From the NCBI RefSeq assembly GCF_001194135.2, contig NC_068999.1, forward strand, positions 13,330,071 to 13,362,217: a stretch of 32,147 bases of DNA. Reading direction: 5' to 3'. The translations under genes were made by a program, and so were the position numbers. Under the pieces are notes generated by a model. The model ran no database searches and was not told the origin of the DNA. It saw nothing but the letters and a program-made list of their open reading frames with translations. The DNA is from Octopus bimaculoides. Taxonomy: Eukaryota. Shown one piece after another: positions 12,240 to 23,231 of this stretch. Every line of letters begins with the position of its first letter. Position 1 is the stretch's first letter.

Positions 12240-12947
12240 NNNNNNNNNNNNNNNNNNNNNNNNNNNNNNNNNNNNNNNNNNNNNNNNNNNNNNNNNNNNN
12301 NNNNNNNNNNNNNNNNNNNNNNNNNNNNNNNNNNNNNNNNNNNNNNNNNNNNNNNNNNNNNNNNNNNNNNNNNNNNNNNNNNNNNNNNNNNNNNNNNNNN
12401 NNNNNNNNNNNNNNNNNNNNNNNNNNNNNNNNNNNNNNNNNNNNNNNNNNNNNNNNNNNNNNNNNNNNNNNNNNNNNNNNNNNNNNNNNNNNNNNNNNNN
12501 NNNNNNNNNNNNNNNNNNNNNNNNNNNNNNNNNNNNNNNNNNNNNNNNNNNNNNNNNNNNNNNNNNNNNNNNNNNNNNNNNNNNNNNNNNNNNNNNNNNN
12601 NNNNNNNNNNNNNNNNNNNNNNNNNNNNNNNNNNNNNNNNNNNNNNNNNNNNNNNNNNNNNNNNNNNNNNNNNNNNNNNNNNNNNNNNNNNNNNNNNNNN
12701 NNNNNNNNNNNNNNNNNNNNNNNNNNNNNNNNNNNNNNNNNNNNNNNNNNNNNNNNNNNNNNNNNNNNNNNNNNNNNNNNNNNNNNNNNNNNNNNNNNNN
12801 NNNNNNNNNNNNNNNNNNNNNNNNNNNNNNNNNNNNNNNNNNNNNNNNNNNNNNNNNNNNNNNNNNNNNNNNNNNNNNNNNNNNNNNNNNNNNNNNNNNN
12901 NNNNNNNNNNNNNNNNNNNNNNNNNNNNNNNNNNNNNNNNNNNNNNN
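12240..12947. other. Assembly gap flanked by (TA)n
   Basis: N-run with (TA)n on both sides. Confidence 0.97.
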
Positions 12948-13008
<61 letters not shown>

Positions 13009-13475
13009 GTACTAACAACAGAGGCAGTATTTATTCCTGCTTCAACGTGGGTGTTCTGTTAGAACAAAATATACTGCGGTAGTTACCATGATAGGCACAC
13101 ACATATTGACTTGTTGTGCGAAATGCACTCTTCTTTATAGCGCTAGTGGGGTAAGAGATCCCCGCCACCAAGTGTGCAGTTTGCGTCAAAAGGCCATATG
13201 AGAGTTTCTCATATATTATCTACGTCAACCGCTCTTAGGTCAGGATAAATATTACATCAAGTATGAATACTACCTTTGTCGTAATGGATATTTCTTAACA
13301 AGCTACTACAACTTCTATTCTTGCACTCTTATTTCGTATATCGATGGCAGATATACAAGGCAACTATTTTCCGCTGTCGACCCTCCGACATTTTTAAGAG
13401 CTAGCAAGGTCGAAACCACTGCATGTAATACTCTGGTTGCTGGTGTTTATTTGCATATTTGCTTCCAACTTAGTG

Positions 13476-13476
<1 letters not shown>

Positions 13477-13506
<30 letters not shown>
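13477..13506. repeat. (TG)n microsatellite
   Basis: Direct reading. Confidence 0.93.
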
Positions 13507-13509
<3 letters not shown>

Positions 13510-14115
13510 ATGTGTATGTGAGAAAAAGAAAGCAAATATAAGACACAGGTACAAACAATATGATGCAAAAATCATATACGCACACACAAGATACTCATAC
13601 ATGTACTTAAGGTGAAATGGCAAATGATGTGAAGATAATTTAGTCAATAAATGAAAAAGTATATCTAAAAGACAGAGAGATACAAAGTATAGTGACTAAA
13701 ACCATATATAAGCATACAGAATACACATAAATCACATAGACACGTGTACACACACGCATGCACAAAGACACACGTAGATACAGTCTCATACGTATGCGCA
13801 GATAAGAGAATATACACAATAGAAACACAAAATAGACTAAACAGAATAGGAGATATGTGAGATGGAGATTCGCTTAGAAGCCACAGGTGTGTGACAACGT
13901 ATTTGAAGAGAATGGACGGAAATAAGAACAATAACAAATAGGTGGAGATGGAACATATTGTGCGTGTTTTTCTTTGGCAAGGAAAACAAAAGGACAAATG
14001 GCCGTCCAGAAAAATAGCATCAGGAATCTTGCAAAACAAATGGATGAAATTAACACATACACGCGCGCGCACACACAAACACAGCCTTATACACCTTGGT
14101 CATTCCTCTTATTTT

Positions 14116-14119
<4 letters not shown>

Positions 14120-14160
<41 letters not shown>

Positions 14161-14176
14161 NNNNNNNNNNNNNNNN

Positions 14177-14215
<39 letters not shown>

Positions 14216-14290
14216 TATGGATACATATATATATATAGATATATTTATGTATATATCAGGTATATATATGTAGGTATGTATGTGTGTATA
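14120..14290. repeat. Compound (TA)n/(GA)n microsatellite with a small gap (14161-14176)
   Basis: Direct reading. Confidence 0.93.
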
Positions 14291-14719
14291 GACAATGAGC
14301 TGATTTATTCATTCGTACTTGCTTCGATTGCATCGGTTAGGCTAGCGTTCATCTGCTCTCAAAGTATTGACTATATGTTGGATACATTTCCAAAAATGTC
14401 TTCATGTAATCTTTATGCGAATGTTCGGAAGAATGAATACGTATGCTTTAAACTGAACTGTAAGACCAACTCGTTGATCTGTATGCCTCCGGAAAACCTC
14501 GAGTGTTTCAATTAACTCGGAAACGGTATTACCTCCGACGAATAAGGTATGTGACGTGTATAGCAAAATTATAGTGTGCTCTTCAGAAATTAAGAATAAT
14601 TTTGATGTCTGCATTGACTGAACAAAGGAAGAACTAGTCTACAGAGCCATATCAGAAACAATTCATGTTTAATCTTCATGTTTATGGACTGCCGTACTAA
14701 AGCGAAGAAGCAAGCTTGA

Positions 14720-14900
14720 TGAAACACACACCGACTCACAAACACGCAAACACACAAACACACACATAAACACACATGCATGCACGCGTACGCACACATG
14801 CAGAAACTTGCACGCACAAACACGCAAACACATATAAAACGACACCCGGGCGCGCGCAAAGTTGCGCACAGGAGCACTCGTTCAAACACACGCATTGCAA
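14720..14900. repeat. Degenerate (CA)n/(CG)n purine-pyrimidine tract
   Basis: Direct reading; source of several spurious C/V/T/H-rich ORFs. Confidence 0.85.
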
Positions 14901-17900
14901 ACAAATATTAAGAGATTTGTCACCTACATCAACTTCCAATATATCAAAAGATGCTACCGGTTTCATCGCTTAGAAAAAGAATCAAATCATAAAATACCAA
15001 AAAGTTAAATGATTGCCACTTCTAAAATGTAATTATTTCTAAAAGGTATGTATATATATTTTGATTCCTATGATGTTTGCTACGTGTAATTAGTATTATC
15101 ATTTTGTGGAGTGATTGCGAGAAGCAGTCTGAGTGACTACGAGTGTTGGTTGCAGCAGCAGTAACGATATTATTTGTGCTAAACGTGCTTGCGTACATTT
15201 CTTTGAGAATTGTCTCTTACAAAAATGTACTTTTACTGGTTCCGGGATAAGATTGAGCTGTGCTTATTAATGGAAATCCCACAATCTCTTTCTGATTTGA
15301 ATGTCCAGAAGTCTCTATAGGCATGTCTATTCGAATTCTGCTTTAGTCTTTTGTTCTACATATTGGTAGAAATGAATATCTGAGGGATTTACAATTCCCT
15401 ATGTGTACCAATTTTTTTTTATCCTCTGAATAAAATAAAGCGATATTCACTGTAGAATAAAGTAAACCGATATTGAGTTTGGAATAAAATAAACCGATTC
15501 TGGGTCGCGATGCACACATAAATTGCTTTTAGAAAGAGACTGTGATAAACATGAAGAATCAATCTTTGTAGTCACCTATATATTTTCGGTGGAATCAGTG
15601 TAAGCTTAGCAAATATTTAAGATTTATTGTGCCTCTGTTTTTTTCTAATTGTCTATATCTCATATCACCGGAGGATCATGCATTTGAATTTCTACAGCGT
15701 TTCTGCCACCAGTATGTAGAAGTACCATACTTTATTTGAAGCTGCTCTAGATAATCTTTGCATATGGAAAATCTGAGTTTAATGTGTTCTATAAGAAGTG
15801 CAATAGAGATTATCAATAGACAGTCTGCTTCGTTTTGGTTGTTTCCTCAGAGAGAGACATGTTTGTGAAGATGTAGACTTCGAATTTTAGCATTGGCTAG
15901 CTCAAATCATTATGATGGTGAGGGCTCTACCTTTTCTGTACCACATATGCTCTGTACTGGTAATATTATTTTATTATTCTTTGAACAATTTCCTATAGAT
16001 GATATTGCATTAAGAAATGATATAAAGTCACTGCATATTTTACGTCTTCCATAAGAATATGATTTAATATACGCTACCGCTACCCCTATTACAATTTTGA
16101 TTATAAAATTCCTTCTGGATTCCTATGATATTGAAGCTTAATCACCGCTTAAAGACAGAGCAATGATACAAAGCTGCATTAATAATGACTAATAATTGTG
16201 AATAAAGTTTGTGAGAATGTCAATGGATAACCAGCTATGAAATTTAAAGTTAGAGGAAAGAGAGTTGAAATTCGTAAAATATTCGAACACACCTTCTGAA
16301 TGCTGTATTTAACCTCAGAGGAAATTATGCATGCATTCTCACGAAATATCGCACGTTAAATTGATCACTGTGATAACATATTTTAATTCAAAGTGATTTC
16401 GGTAACCTATTTTTTTAGAGACCTCTACGGGTGAGCAAAGTAATGACATGCATCGGTAGCACCTGGCTTTGTATTAAAATCCTGATATGAAGAAGGAGAT
16501 TCGGATGTAGGTGAAATCCTTGGTTAATCCTATCACCAATTTATTGAAATAAAGTTTGATTAATATTTAATCAAAGTGGAATATTTCAATGTTATCGTTT
16601 TTGCTTGACATGTATGAATAGAATCTTTGGTATAAATGTAAACACTCACTGTATATGCATTATATGTCATATATGTAAGAGAACACTTACACAAAGATAC
16701 ATTATGACTCTACATGAAAGTGTTTTCTCAAACTAGTAGGCCAACTCATATAAAGCGCTAAGGAGTTATCATCTGATACGTTAATAATCTGTTGTTTCTA
16801 TAGAATATGAAGTATATATGAGTGCGCGCGCGAGTCTGTGTGTGTGTGCGATTATAACTTATTTTAGAAAGTTGTATAGACTGAGAGATAATATCGTGAT
16901 AAACACTGAAGCAAGTGACAGATAGGATTAGGACTGCAGGATTAATGAGTTTAACACCTCACCTTCTCATGAATCACAATTATTTACCTTCAAGCAGCTG
17001 TGAATTATAATCTGAAAACGTATACATTCAGTAGATGTCGTATGCTAGATGTAGGAAATTATAGTTCAATGTTCACTCATACACCGAAGGTATTTGAACG
17101 AGTCTATAGCTTCTAAACTGGGCAAAGATCTATGAGTCAGTAGAATAGAAATCTCAGAGGGTGTAATTTAAATATTGCATTGAGTTATATGTATGACGTC
17201 TAGGAAATCATGAAAACTTAAAAGAAGAAAGAATCTTATAAATTATTTTTATCATGGTTTTTAATTTCCATTGGGCATAACAGCTTATTTAGGAATTATA
17301 AAAATAATTGCCTGTATGTGCATAAATATATTCCAAAACATTACATTAACATTCCACATGATATGTTTCAAAGAGTTGATGACTGAACGATATTTAGTGA
17401 AATGACTACTTCTGATGATTTAGTTGAAGCATGTGTAGTTTATGTTCAATAGAATATAATTCTGCTGATATGATATTAACACCGTGAGATGGCGTCTATG
17501 TTTTCTCATAGGGATATACAAGGTTGTATTTAAAAATACGTATTTGAAGTTGTTCAGTAAATTTCAATACGCTTTGCTCTCTGCGGTTTACTCATATTTT
17601 GTTCTGCGATGTTTTAAATATTTCCCAGTCTATTGATTTTCAATTATAGTCATAGGGGGCCCATTATGTTATAAATGTTTCAAGTTATTAAGCGAGGGAA
17701 AAATAAAACATAATATTAATAATAATGTTTGCTCATTCATGAATGTAGTAACTTCAGAAGCGGAGACAGTTTCTATATAATTTGTATACATACATAGACT
17801 TCATACATTGAAGTGTGTCAAAACTGCATTTTCATTAAAGTTTACATATATCTGTTCCTCGCTTGTTTAGTTAAAATATAGAAAATAAATTTCCAGTTGC

Positions 17901-18164
17901 CAATTCACATTGATAGCAATGAACTCCATTTAGTATGGTTTCGATGTGACTCTTGCAGAATATATAAGTTGTACCTGTGAAAAGATTTTAAACATATCCT
18001 CTTTACGCAAATTTTGTCAAATGATATTTAGAATACATCTCACATATTGTGAACCACTTCTGATAGCGGTAAGTCTCAGCGAAAAGGCTAAATTTCAATA
18101 CGAACTGATGCATGATACATTACGTACATGCATATTTAATAGTTTATGTACGTGTATGTATACG

Positions 18165-18229
18165 TGTACATATACGTAAATACAGAGACCACACACAACA
18201 CACGCACACATGCACGCAGTCTCACATAA

Positions 18230-18265
<36 letters not shown>
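18165..18265. repeat. Compound (CA)n/(TA)n microsatellite
   Basis: Direct reading. Confidence 0.9.
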
Positions 18266-18268
<3 letters not shown>

Positions 18269-19690
18269 TATAATTATATGCACCAACCAAATAATATTCT
18301 GTATAAACAATAAACTATCAATTGACGTGCATCCGTCATCTTTGAATATTTGCAGCAAACATACTCTCCTGAGACACCTTGTTGAAGGCAATTCCCTACC
18401 ACTATGAAAGAACTTTATAAAATAACCTTTCCATCGACAAGTTTTCAATTATTTAGAACTAATGAGATTTTACAGAAGTCGAAGTAAAACAGTCTATGTA
18501 GGTATATTAAACATTTTCTTGGCGAAACGCAAAATTGGATTTTGAAAAATATTTAAGATATATAATATCATTAACTCAGGCTATACTACTTGTATTTCAC
18601 TAAGTATATATTCAAAGGATATGCGGAAAACAAAATGAAAATTTTCTATATAAAATTAATCGCATTCCATTTCTCAAATAATTTGCTAGAATTTCTGGTC
18701 GAACATGTAATATATCATCGTATTTTATCACTCAACAAAGAAATATATTCAATCAATGTGAGTTTAAATCAAAGAAGACCATTTTCGTTATAGTTCGCGA
18801 CTTGGTCAATTCTGATGGTTATCAAACGGTGTCTCAGAAGGAACGCTGTATGAAAAGTAAAAAACATTTTTCCAGTCACTGTATTGGATTTATGCACTCA
18901 ATAATCACGTGGATTTCATGTGTAATATTTATGACTGCCACATGAATCCCGCATAGAACAATACATATCCGTTCAAGGAGTGAGCGTTTTTGAAGAGGCA
19001 TTCCCGTTATTTCTATATTAAAGAATAGAAGTTAAAGTGGAGAAGAATCACTTAGATTGTGTAAGACTAAAGTAGTTATTTCTGCCAAATAACCATTTGG
19101 ACATTAAAGAAATGTTATTGCCTCATCAAGCAATAGCTACACTCGCGTGAGTTATGGTTATGATAACACCGTTTTAACACCATCTAATGAATTCAATCAT
19201 GAAGAGATTTTTTTGGCCTATATTAAGCGTTAGCTGAAAATTATTTGCACAAGACACATAATCAGTTGATAAAATTGGATATTTCAGTAGAGAGGTTTTC
19301 CTTCTTAAAACCAGTATAAGTTGGGCAAATATAGCATATACATTGATTACGTAAGAGTAATTAATCCAACATTGGGTGAGTCATGTTTGGAAAAAATAGC
19401 ATTGAAATTTATTGCAAAATCTTGAGTCGCTTTAATGGGGTTACGAAAATCAAAGGGATCAAACGATCTTATTATTTGAAATCACTTATCTAAATTAGTT
19501 TATAGCTAATACAACGGTTGAGAACGTACAATAATTAGAAACTAGCTGCATCCATAAGTTTGCCTTAAGAACATTTAAGCCAAGCTCATAACTGTCAGTT
19601 GTGTGGCATAAAGGAAGTCGAATCTGAGAGCAGCAGAAAGCCATAACATTATCAACAATTTTGACACATTCCATCCAACATTAGTAACAT

Positions 19691-19810
19691 AGGTACTCAT
19701 GTTGAAAGGAGAAGTCGAACCTGATGCAATTTGAAATTAGAGATTAAGGAAAGATGAAATATCGCTAAGTATTTAGCTCGTCACTCTAACGATTATGCAA
19801 GCTCACTCCC
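19691..19810 (-). mobile_element. Old, diverged SINE family A copy (5' half)
   Basis: Minus strand gggagtgagcttgcataatcgttagagtgacgagctaaatacttagcgatatttcatc...tttcaaattgcatcaggttcgacttctcctttc...atgagtacc follows the family A head and core. Confidence 0.65.
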
Positions 19811-19846
19811 ATAATAATAATACCATTAATATTAGTCATAAGATTT

Positions 19847-20060
19847 AAGGTAGTGAGCTCGAAGACTCCATGACACACGGGGCCAAATGCTTAGCGGAAT
19901 TTCTTCCGTCTTCACGTTCTTAGTGCAAAGCGGGCGTGGTCGACCTTGCATTACATCATTTCTGTGTTGATTAAACAGTACCAATTGAGCACTGGTGTCG
20001 ATGTAATTGACATATCCGCTCATCCGACGTTTATAGCATTCAACCAAAATTTGAAATGAA
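19847..20060 (+). mobile_element. Old, diverged SINE family A copy (near full length)
   Basis: aaggtagtgagctc...aaatgcttagcggaatttcttccgtcttcacgttct...gtcgaccttgc...agtaccaattgagcactggtgtcgatgtaattgac...ccaaaatttgaaa is colinear with the reverse complement of 6121-6602. Confidence 0.75.
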
Positions 20061-20622
20061 TGTTAGTAGTAATTGTCTGAATGTTAGTATGTGCACTAAG
20101 AAGTTATTGAGGAAAGTTGGAAATGAAGGTTAGTCCTTGTGCCAATATTAGTATCGAAACTCTTATGCATAGGACTGATATTTGTAATAGAAACAGAACT
20201 GTTTTGAATATTAACAATAATATTGATTGTATTAATAACACTGCCAAGATTGGTGTTATTTATACCAATAGCAATAATAGCAGTGGTGGACATAATATTT
20301 AATAGCGCTGTATGCAAGCATAGCTGTTCTTATAATGTAAATAATTCCGTTATAATATGCAAGTATCGTAAACAGGAAAGGTTAAGGAAATCATGCAATG
20401 ATGATGATGTAATCTGCTTGAATTCAGTTTGGTTACAACAAAGTTATTACGAAACTTTCTGCAATCTTATTTAACTCCTTTGAGAAAATATTTACCCACC
20501 GAGAAGACATTACTACATCTTTAATGAACATACCTTTAATGATTTGATTCTCAAATTTATATATATAGAACATTGGTATCGATTATAACAAAGAGTTCAT
20601 TGTAACGAGTATAATAGACAAT

Positions 20623-21106
20623 ACAGTTCTATATTTAAGAGATGAGGAATTATGTGCATTATTTACATTATTTACATTCGACGGATATTTGTCCACATCT
20701 TGTTTGTTGTAACACACGTTTCGGCTGATATCTGGTTTGCAGTTAGACACCTTTCCGCTAATATACCCTGTTGGGGAAATTTCGAACCGGGGTTCTCATT
20801 CCTATTATTACATTTATTATTATTATTGTTCTTGTTCAGATCACTGCTTGGAATCGAACTGGAAATATTGGGGTTAGTAGCCTACGCTCATAACCACTAC
20901 GGCATATACCCGTGGAGTGAATTTTAGGGGCTTATAAATCTAATATTTGTCTTTCCTTCCTTAATACTGGTTCCCATATGCTGCTCATATCTGCACACGG
21001 TCTGCTTAGTAGCTTGTTGTGTCCTCGCCTATAGGCTGCTTCTTTTAGTTTTCGTATTTTTTCAGTGGTGTTTTCTGTCTATTATTTTAACTTCATCCCA
21101 CAGGGA
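20623..21106 (-). mobile_element. 3' end of a Penelope-like element: GIY-YIG C-terminal ORF remnant plus terminal repeat (tRNA-like head, microsatellite, damaged hammerhead, tail)
   Basis: Minus translation SLWDEVKIIDRKHH*, 1-nt frameshift, KIRKLKEAAYRRGHNKLLSRPCADMSSIWEPVLRKERQILDL* (stop 20932-20934); this resembles the PLE GIY-YIG tail W-x-x-V-K-I-I-D...RKxKEA. The downstream 20623-20911 is homologous to both arms of 26885-27690. Confidence 0.75.
20838..20911 (-). promoter_or_regulatory. tRNA-derived segment with Pol III A/B boxes inside the PLE 3' repeat
   Basis: Minus strand gggtatatgccgtagtggttatgagcgtaggctactaaccccaatatttccagttcgattccaagcagtgatc: A-box-like TGCCGTAGTGG, B-box-like AGTTCGATTCC, anticodon-arm-like ggct-actaa-cc. 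No proper acceptor stem, so it is not a tRNA gene. Confidence 0.7.
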
Positions 21107-22123
21107 TATATAATTATATCGTCATTATTATCATAAATATGCATAAATTATCTCGCGATGTCTTCGGCGCTCACACATATCTGCCAACCAAAAGAGGTGA
21201 TAGGAAATACATTTGTTATGGTGAAATTTGGTTTTCCTGTCATGAGTCAGTACTAAGTATTGAGAAAAAGTAATTCCAGATACGACAACAAAGTTCATGA
21301 AATTATGTACACATTTGAGCTCGTTTCACATTGATTGAATTGAAAATATTGTTGAACGAACACAAAGAGGTTCTTTTTCAGATTGCAATATTTGGAAACT
21401 GAAGGTTAATATCAAATTTGATTGATTAACTTCGTTCCACCTAAAATCGAGCCTCGTTATAAATAGTAATATAAGAGTCTCATGAAATGTCCATGTTTGT
21501 CAGAATTCATCTTCATCTACGTAGTATATTGTGCAAAAAAAATCCCCCCCCCCCAAGAATAATCAGCGTCCATCGCGGTAACAAGAACATTGAAAAATAA
21601 GAAATAGCCATTTTCATAAGGCTTGTTTTACAATAAATTAGACTATTTAAATTCTTAATGTTTACTATTATCACTAATGACTCACTCTCTGTATGTGTAT
21701 GAATAGATGATGTTTGATTAATCATTCCTTAGTATGGGCACGAGCTAGAACTCTCTGTTTCTCAATAAATAATTGAAAGTAAGATGGATGAGTTTGGTGC
21801 ATATATTTGACATATTCTTGTTTATATGCACATTTGTTTTGCTTATTTACAACTTAATTCCCAAATAAATTATTTAAATCCCCACTTCATGAATAATTCA
21901 TTACATATAATTTTCTTTGTCCGTTTAATTATTATCTTTGTTACTACTGCTCCTGATAGTGATGATGGAAATGATAACGCTGTTGATTGCGTTCCAGTTA
22001 TTGCTTAACACACTTACTTCAACAGGGAAAATAGCAACTGCCAGCTTTAAGTAACGACTTGCCTAAGGGAAGACACTTCATATGTTTTTTTTTTTATTTG
22101 TGGAAAATACACGGTTCCAAGAG

Positions 22124-22195
22124 TTATTATTATTATTATTATTATCATTATTATTATTAGTAGTAGTGGTAGTAGTGGTAGTAGTAGTAGTAGTA

Positions 22196-22234
<39 letters not shown>

Positions 22235-22237
22235 ATA

Positions 22238-22275
<38 letters not shown>

Positions 22276-22313
22276 TGTAGTGGTAGTAGTAGTAGTAGTA
22301 GTAGTAGTAGTAT
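22124..22313. repeat. Compound (TTA)n(TAG)n microsatellite; probable 3' tail or target of the adjacent LINE
   Basis: Direct reading. It abuts the LINE 3' UTR at 22314 and reads (ACT)n(AAT)n on the LINE strand. Confidence 0.92.
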
Positions 22314-23009
22314 TGTCTTTGCACAGCTTCTAACGTATGTGATATACTACAGTGTCAGCTGTTCACTATCAGTGAACTAAGGTAACACCTCTTATTTTTC
22401 GAGCACCTTCCGGAGTACTCGAGCGGTTCCAAGCAGTGCTGCTTTCTCAAAGTGCTCCACCCTTTTTGCAACCCCTATTTCTTCCACGTATTTCTCGAGA
22501 TTTTTCCTCACTGTTCCCAGTTCTCCGACAATTATTGGTACTACTGCTACCTCTTTCATCGACCACAACTGCTTAACTTCCCAAGTTAACCGGTCACATC
22601 TCTCAAATTTGGTTTCTTCCTTATCCCATCCCTTATTGTCAAATGGGCATGATATACCTATGATCCAGCAAAGTTTGTTTTCTTTCTCAAATATGATTAT
22701 GTCTGGCTTCCTATTCTCTATCTCATGGTTGCACTGAATCATAAAATCTAATAGGATCATTCCATTTCTATTTTCGACGATGCCTTCTGGTTTGTGGTCG
22801 TACCAAATTTTTTGCTCTGTCAAATCCATAGTTGTTGCAAAGTGTCCAATAGACAAGCCTGGCTATACTGTCGTGGCGTCACTTATATGACATTCACCGT
22901 TTTGTCCACAGATTCTGCACGTATCACTTTCGGCTGTGTTGTCTATTCTTTATTTTATGTAGTTTGTTCTTAGTGCTTGCACTTGGGCAGCAAAGATTAG
23001 AGCCCCCGT
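22314..23009 (-). mobile_element. 3' end of an R4/Dong-type LINE (CCHC knuckle remnant, RLE domain, 3' UTR)
   Basis: ORF 22392-22856 WYDHKPEGIVEN...NRKPDIIIFEKENKLCWIIGISCPFD...VVPIIVGELGTV...AALLGTARVLRKVLE is a classic RLE C-terminus; the second catalytic acid D appears changed to G. Upstream in other frames: ALIFAAQVQALRTNYIK*RIDNTAESDTCRICGQNGE and RHDSIARLVYWTLC. 78-nt 3' UTR with hairpin GTTCACT-gat-AGTGAAC (22361-22377). Confidence 0.92.
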
Positions 23010-23011
23010 TA

Positions 23012-23140
23012 GAGCTGGGCTGCTGTGATAAACTCTTTTTTTTATTTGAAGCCAGAAGACACTAGCCATTGATGGGTAAATGCTCTCTTTGGGTATTTGC
23101 TACTGACACATTTTTCTTGCCACTTTTCAGTAAGAATATC
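23012..23140 (-). mobile_element. Fragment of a second R4/Dong-type LINE family fused to the preceding element
   Basis: Minus translation DILTEKWQEKCVSSKYPKRAFTHQWLVSSGFK*KKEFITAAQ resembles the W-x-x-K-x-x-H-G-x-Y...THQWL...ETEGFIxAAQ region upstream of the zinc knuckle. Confidence 0.65.
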
Positions 23141-23149
23141 TAAGGCAGA

Positions 23150-23231
23150 AAGGCGGTGAGCTTGCAAGAAACGTTAGCACGCCGGGCGAAATACTTGGCG
23201 GTAATTCGTCTGTCTGTACGTTCTGAGTTCA
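23150..23231 (+). mobile_element. SINE family A head only (truncated within the B box)
   Basis: aaggcggtgagcttgcaagaaacgttagcacgccgggcgaaatacttggcggtaattcgtctgtctgtacgttctgagttca matches the reverse complement of 6520-6602. Confidence 0.8.

Noticed and set aside
13062-13156. Candidate exon or 10-nt microexon (ttctttatag|cgctagtggg|gtaaga)
   Set aside because: Good splice-site lookalikes, but no recognisable peptide or partner exons; expected by chance in 32 kb of AT-rich DNA.
10904-14515. Long ORFs (100-309 aa) rich in YI, ER, X
   Set aside because: They are translations of (TA)n/(GA)n microsatellites and N-runs.
14465-14552. Open frame QLVDLYASGKPRVFQLTRKRYYLRRI ending at a strong donor AAG|GTATGT
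   Set aside because: Weak acceptor, no homology recognised; needs RNA-seq.
15851-15917. Segment bounded by strong acceptor and donor motifs
   Set aside because: Stops in all three frames; a non-coding exon cannot be supported from sequence alone.
17516-17545. TA-CAAGGTTGTATT, and tacgagggc at 8389, as mariner-like terminal repeats
   Set aside because: No partner inverted repeat found.
20096-20330. N/I-rich ORFs on both strands
   Set aside because: Ancient degenerate AAT/AGT trinucleotide repeat.
20838-20911. Possible functional tRNA gene (also 27148-27220 and the SINE heads)
   Set aside because: No complete acceptor stem, and the segments are embedded in repeats; they are tRNA-derived only.
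22198-22380. Poly-Ser ORF
   Set aside because: Translation of the (AGT)n tail next to the LINE.
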